From the NCBI RefSeq assembly GCF_964355755.1, contig NC_092675.1, positions 19,998,912 to 20,062,911 on the forward strand: DNA of 64,000 bases. Direction: 5' to 3'. A program made the position numbers and the translations under genes. The notes below the pieces were generated by a model, which did no database searches, was not told where the DNA came from, and saw only the letters and a program-made list of their open reading frames with translations. The stretch's first letter is position 1. Each line of letters starts with the position of its first letter. Below, one piece after another: positions 60,844-64,000 of the stretch. This DNA is from Antedon mediterranea. Taxonomy: Eukaryota; Animalia; Echinodermata.

Positions 60844-62242
60844 GTAAGAAACACAACCAAATTACTACTTTTAAGAGATTTTTGCGTTCGGCACATTATT
60901 GAGTCCATCAATTTACAGACTTAGACTTATGTTTGCAGAAAGATTTTTATCATTCTTTTTACGATTCCCGTGTTGTTTTTAGAATATAAATTGCCGATCA
61001 CTTACAATTTGTTTATCTGGTGAATAATAATGATCTTTTAGAAAACATGTTTTCTAAAAATGGAAATGATAATGAAAATGATATTTCAGCATTGGTCTCT
61101 TCAGTCAGTCATTTGTGTTTCCATTATTTATTTAAATGCTAATTTTTATTGTTATCTATTTATGAGAACAAGAATATAAATGATTGATTTAATTGGTTTT
61201 ATGATTTCGTATAAAATTAACTGGAGCTGAGGTTTACATTTTAAGTATACCCATATAAGCCTTCAGTAATAAGAGAGGTTCTGAAGTAATTCAGACAACA
61301 AGCAATGGTTACGAGTGACAACTCTAATTCTTCTTCTTAATGGAGTAATGAAGTCCTGATCAACATGACTTTGATAGTATGTTCGGTCAGTTGATAACAA
61401 TTTTTATTCTTTCTGTACAACTAGATTTTCACTGAAAAAATATAGTGTTTATAGATCCTAAACATAATAGTCTGTACCCACTTTTTCCACACATTTAACC
61501 TTAAACATGTTTAAATATGAAACATGTTTAGGTTCTAAACACATTCTAAACATGTAATCTGTACCCAACTCAACTCTCACAAGTGACGTCTTGTTTGTTA
61601 AACATGTGGAGCAATATAAAGACACCTTTAGGTTTTAAACGTGTTTAATTTGCCATGTGTCGAGCTGGAACATAATATTGACATGTTGACTGCTAAACGA
61701 GTGGAGGAACACAACATGTAGCTATAAACACGTTTAGGTTTTAAACACGCTAAACATGTAATTACGTGTTCAAAAGCTCGACACTGTTTTTTTTTGGTAA
61801 TGAATGGGTTCTTTTCAAGTTAACTTGCCTCTGCAATCGAATGAATTTTTAAAGCACACACTCTTATAGCGTGTACTTGCGTTTTGCGTAATACTGACGG
61901 TAAAATCACAGTTTATTAAGCTTTAACTATAATGTAATTTGTCACTTTATATCGCTATAGCACCGTAGGTAAGCTGTCGTTTGTAGTTCATAAGTCCACT
62001 GGCTGTCATGGTTGCATAACAAATTGCAAGTAGCAATTGTATCTAAAACGCAGTTAACATTTTTATTCGTTTTTAAGGGGCAAAATAAGTAAGTGGCTTT
62101 AATAGTAATGGGTGTACAAAAAACTAAAGCTCTACACTATCAATTTAGTTTGAAAGGGTGTACAAAAAACTTTTAAAAAAAGGTTTTCCAGATTCAATAA
62201 TTCAATTTAACGGTCTACCATTAACACACTGATTTGGCCTCA

Positions 62243-62392
62243 AGCTCTACACTATCGATTTAGTTTGAAAAAAAGTGTGTCCAAATATAGTAGTGATGTG
62301 CCCAAATATGGTAGTGATATGACATCATCATGTCCATATATGGGCACATCACATTTTGTTGTCACATAAAGTTGGATAGTGTAGCCAAAGCT
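62243..62392. mobile_element. MITE family A copy, with a duplicated left end at ~62128
   Basis: AGCTCTACACTATC...GGATAGTGTAGCCAAAGCT with the internal GTGATATG units. Confidence 0.8.
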
Positions 62393-64000
62393 TGATAGGC
62401 CTACACTATTCACACTGAGGAGTAACAGTGTTCACACTGCCTTTGTGTGTTCCTGGACCATCAAAATATAATATGCCTATGTGCATGCATAAGGCTTACT
62501 TCTGCAAATTCAATGTTTTAACGGAGACATACTAGTGCATCAGATGTTGTTAGTAATGGTTTATTATCTTTCAAAGAAAACATCAGAAAATCTATTTATG
62601 GTTTCTGACTATAAGAGTCAACCACCACCATAATATCCTGATTATGTGCATTATGAGAAATGCCTTTTACGGCTAGGCTCTCAACAATGGATTCAAACTG
62701 GGGATTTTTTCTTTGTGGTCCATGGGCTTTTGTATTTTTATTGTATTGTTTTATTATGTATATTAGTTAAAGAGCTTTGTATCTGTATATGTTCATTTGA
62801 TTACGAAATAAAGAATAAATGAAATGAATGAATAAAACACAATAAATGTATCATTCATAAAACCATTCACTAAACCATCTTTCAGTCACTACTTACTAAA
62901 ATACATCAAGAAGTGAACCTGTTGATATGCTACAATGATGCTCGAGACTTTTATTGTTCCACTTCAAATGTCAACATAAGTGAGCTTCTTTAAGAGATTA
63001 AGAAGAAATTAATAACAAGCTTAGTATATTGCTAGAAGAATTAAAACATCAAAACTTCTATCGATATAATATAAACACCATCGCCCACCTGAGACACGCA
63101 CATCTCGACGCCTCACTTAGGCCTAAAAAACAATGTGAGCCCAAAAGTATATACTACAAAATAGCAACTAAGAAAACCCACCGTATGCTTTCTCCATAAT
63201 GACATTATAAAACTAGTATCATAGGAACATTCTATATGTTATAAATGTCTGTGGTGGTGCCTATATTCCTATTAATATTCAGGTTTGGCTTTTCTAGGAA
63301 TAGATAGTGGGAGTCACATATGATATGTGTGGTTCTGTATCACAGCATTTACCTATAATACTGTAAAATGTATAGATACAGTACCGAGAAGAATTGACTA
63401 GTCAAACTGCCAAACTCGTTAAAAGTCGTGTTTCGTACTCGAAAATACCCACGAAATCTGTATTGTTAATAATATATCTTCAGAAGATTGAAAAACAATC
63501 TTTCTCGCAGATTTTTCTCATCTTCACCTTGTCTACAGACATATATTATTTATCATTACGTGTCTACAAAACAATTAACTTATATTCCCCTAGAGAGCTA
63601 ATAATGTGTTTTATAAGTAACATTTCAAGCGACTTTATTAATGCAGTGCATTTGGCCTGTGGTTGCTCTCATGCGCTAACTATATATTAATAATTAACGA
63701 ACTAGGAATAGATAAATGAGCATTATGTTGTTGAAACAGTTTTTCAATGTGTAACGTAGGCCCACGTGGCACATTAATTAAATCATCGTCTTTACCATTT
63801 TCTTTATTGTAAGAGAGAAAAATGGCATGATAAATTAAATACTAAAAATATCCACCAAATTCTCGTTCGGTTTTTTTCCTAGAGACATTAAAAAGTACTC
63901 ATAGTTTCTTGTTTGTTGACTACGCTTACAACCTTTCTCCCACACTGTTTGGTGGAGCGAGAACGTTTGACAAACAAATTATCTTCAGCATGCTTCAAAC

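Noticed and set aside
1-64000. Prokaryotic operon, phage-defence system or horizontally transferred bacterial gene
   Set aside because: No long intronless bacterial-type ORFs are present; all coding sequence is spliced and metazoan-like.

Overview
AT-rich, intron-rich animal genomic DNA, most likely a marine invertebrate deuterostome such as an echinoderm (inferred from the Deu-domain SINE, intron density and vertebrate-like exon structures). It is not prokaryotic, and most entries in the ORF track are exon fragments or repeat artefacts. Manual splicing gives four complete conserved genes: WDR70 (+, 17 coding exons, ~650 aa), ALG2 (-, 4 exons, ~436 aa), CDC14 phosphatase (+, ~14 coding exons, ~490 aa, with candidate alternative C-terminal exons) and TM9SF3 (+, 11 exons, ~582 aa). 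There is also the first coding exon of a secreted protein at 60730 and an orphan 3-exon gene (-, 23284..20420, ~486 aa). The C-terminal ~230 aa of the orphan aligns by eye with the gasdermin pore-forming domain, but it sits behind a long disordered N-terminus and has no canonical C-terminal autoinhibitory domain. This is the best candidate for something new; it is unverified and needs a profile or structure search. Introns hold many non-autonomous DNA transposons (Tc1/mariner-like, Kolobok-like, Merlin-like, one MITE in 12 or more copies), SINEs, LINE 3' ends, nested insertions, MITE-derived minisatellites and a 1.4-kb inverted TE pair flanking TM9SF3 exons 2-7. All coordinates were read by hand, and all homology calls come from recalled sequences, not database searches.
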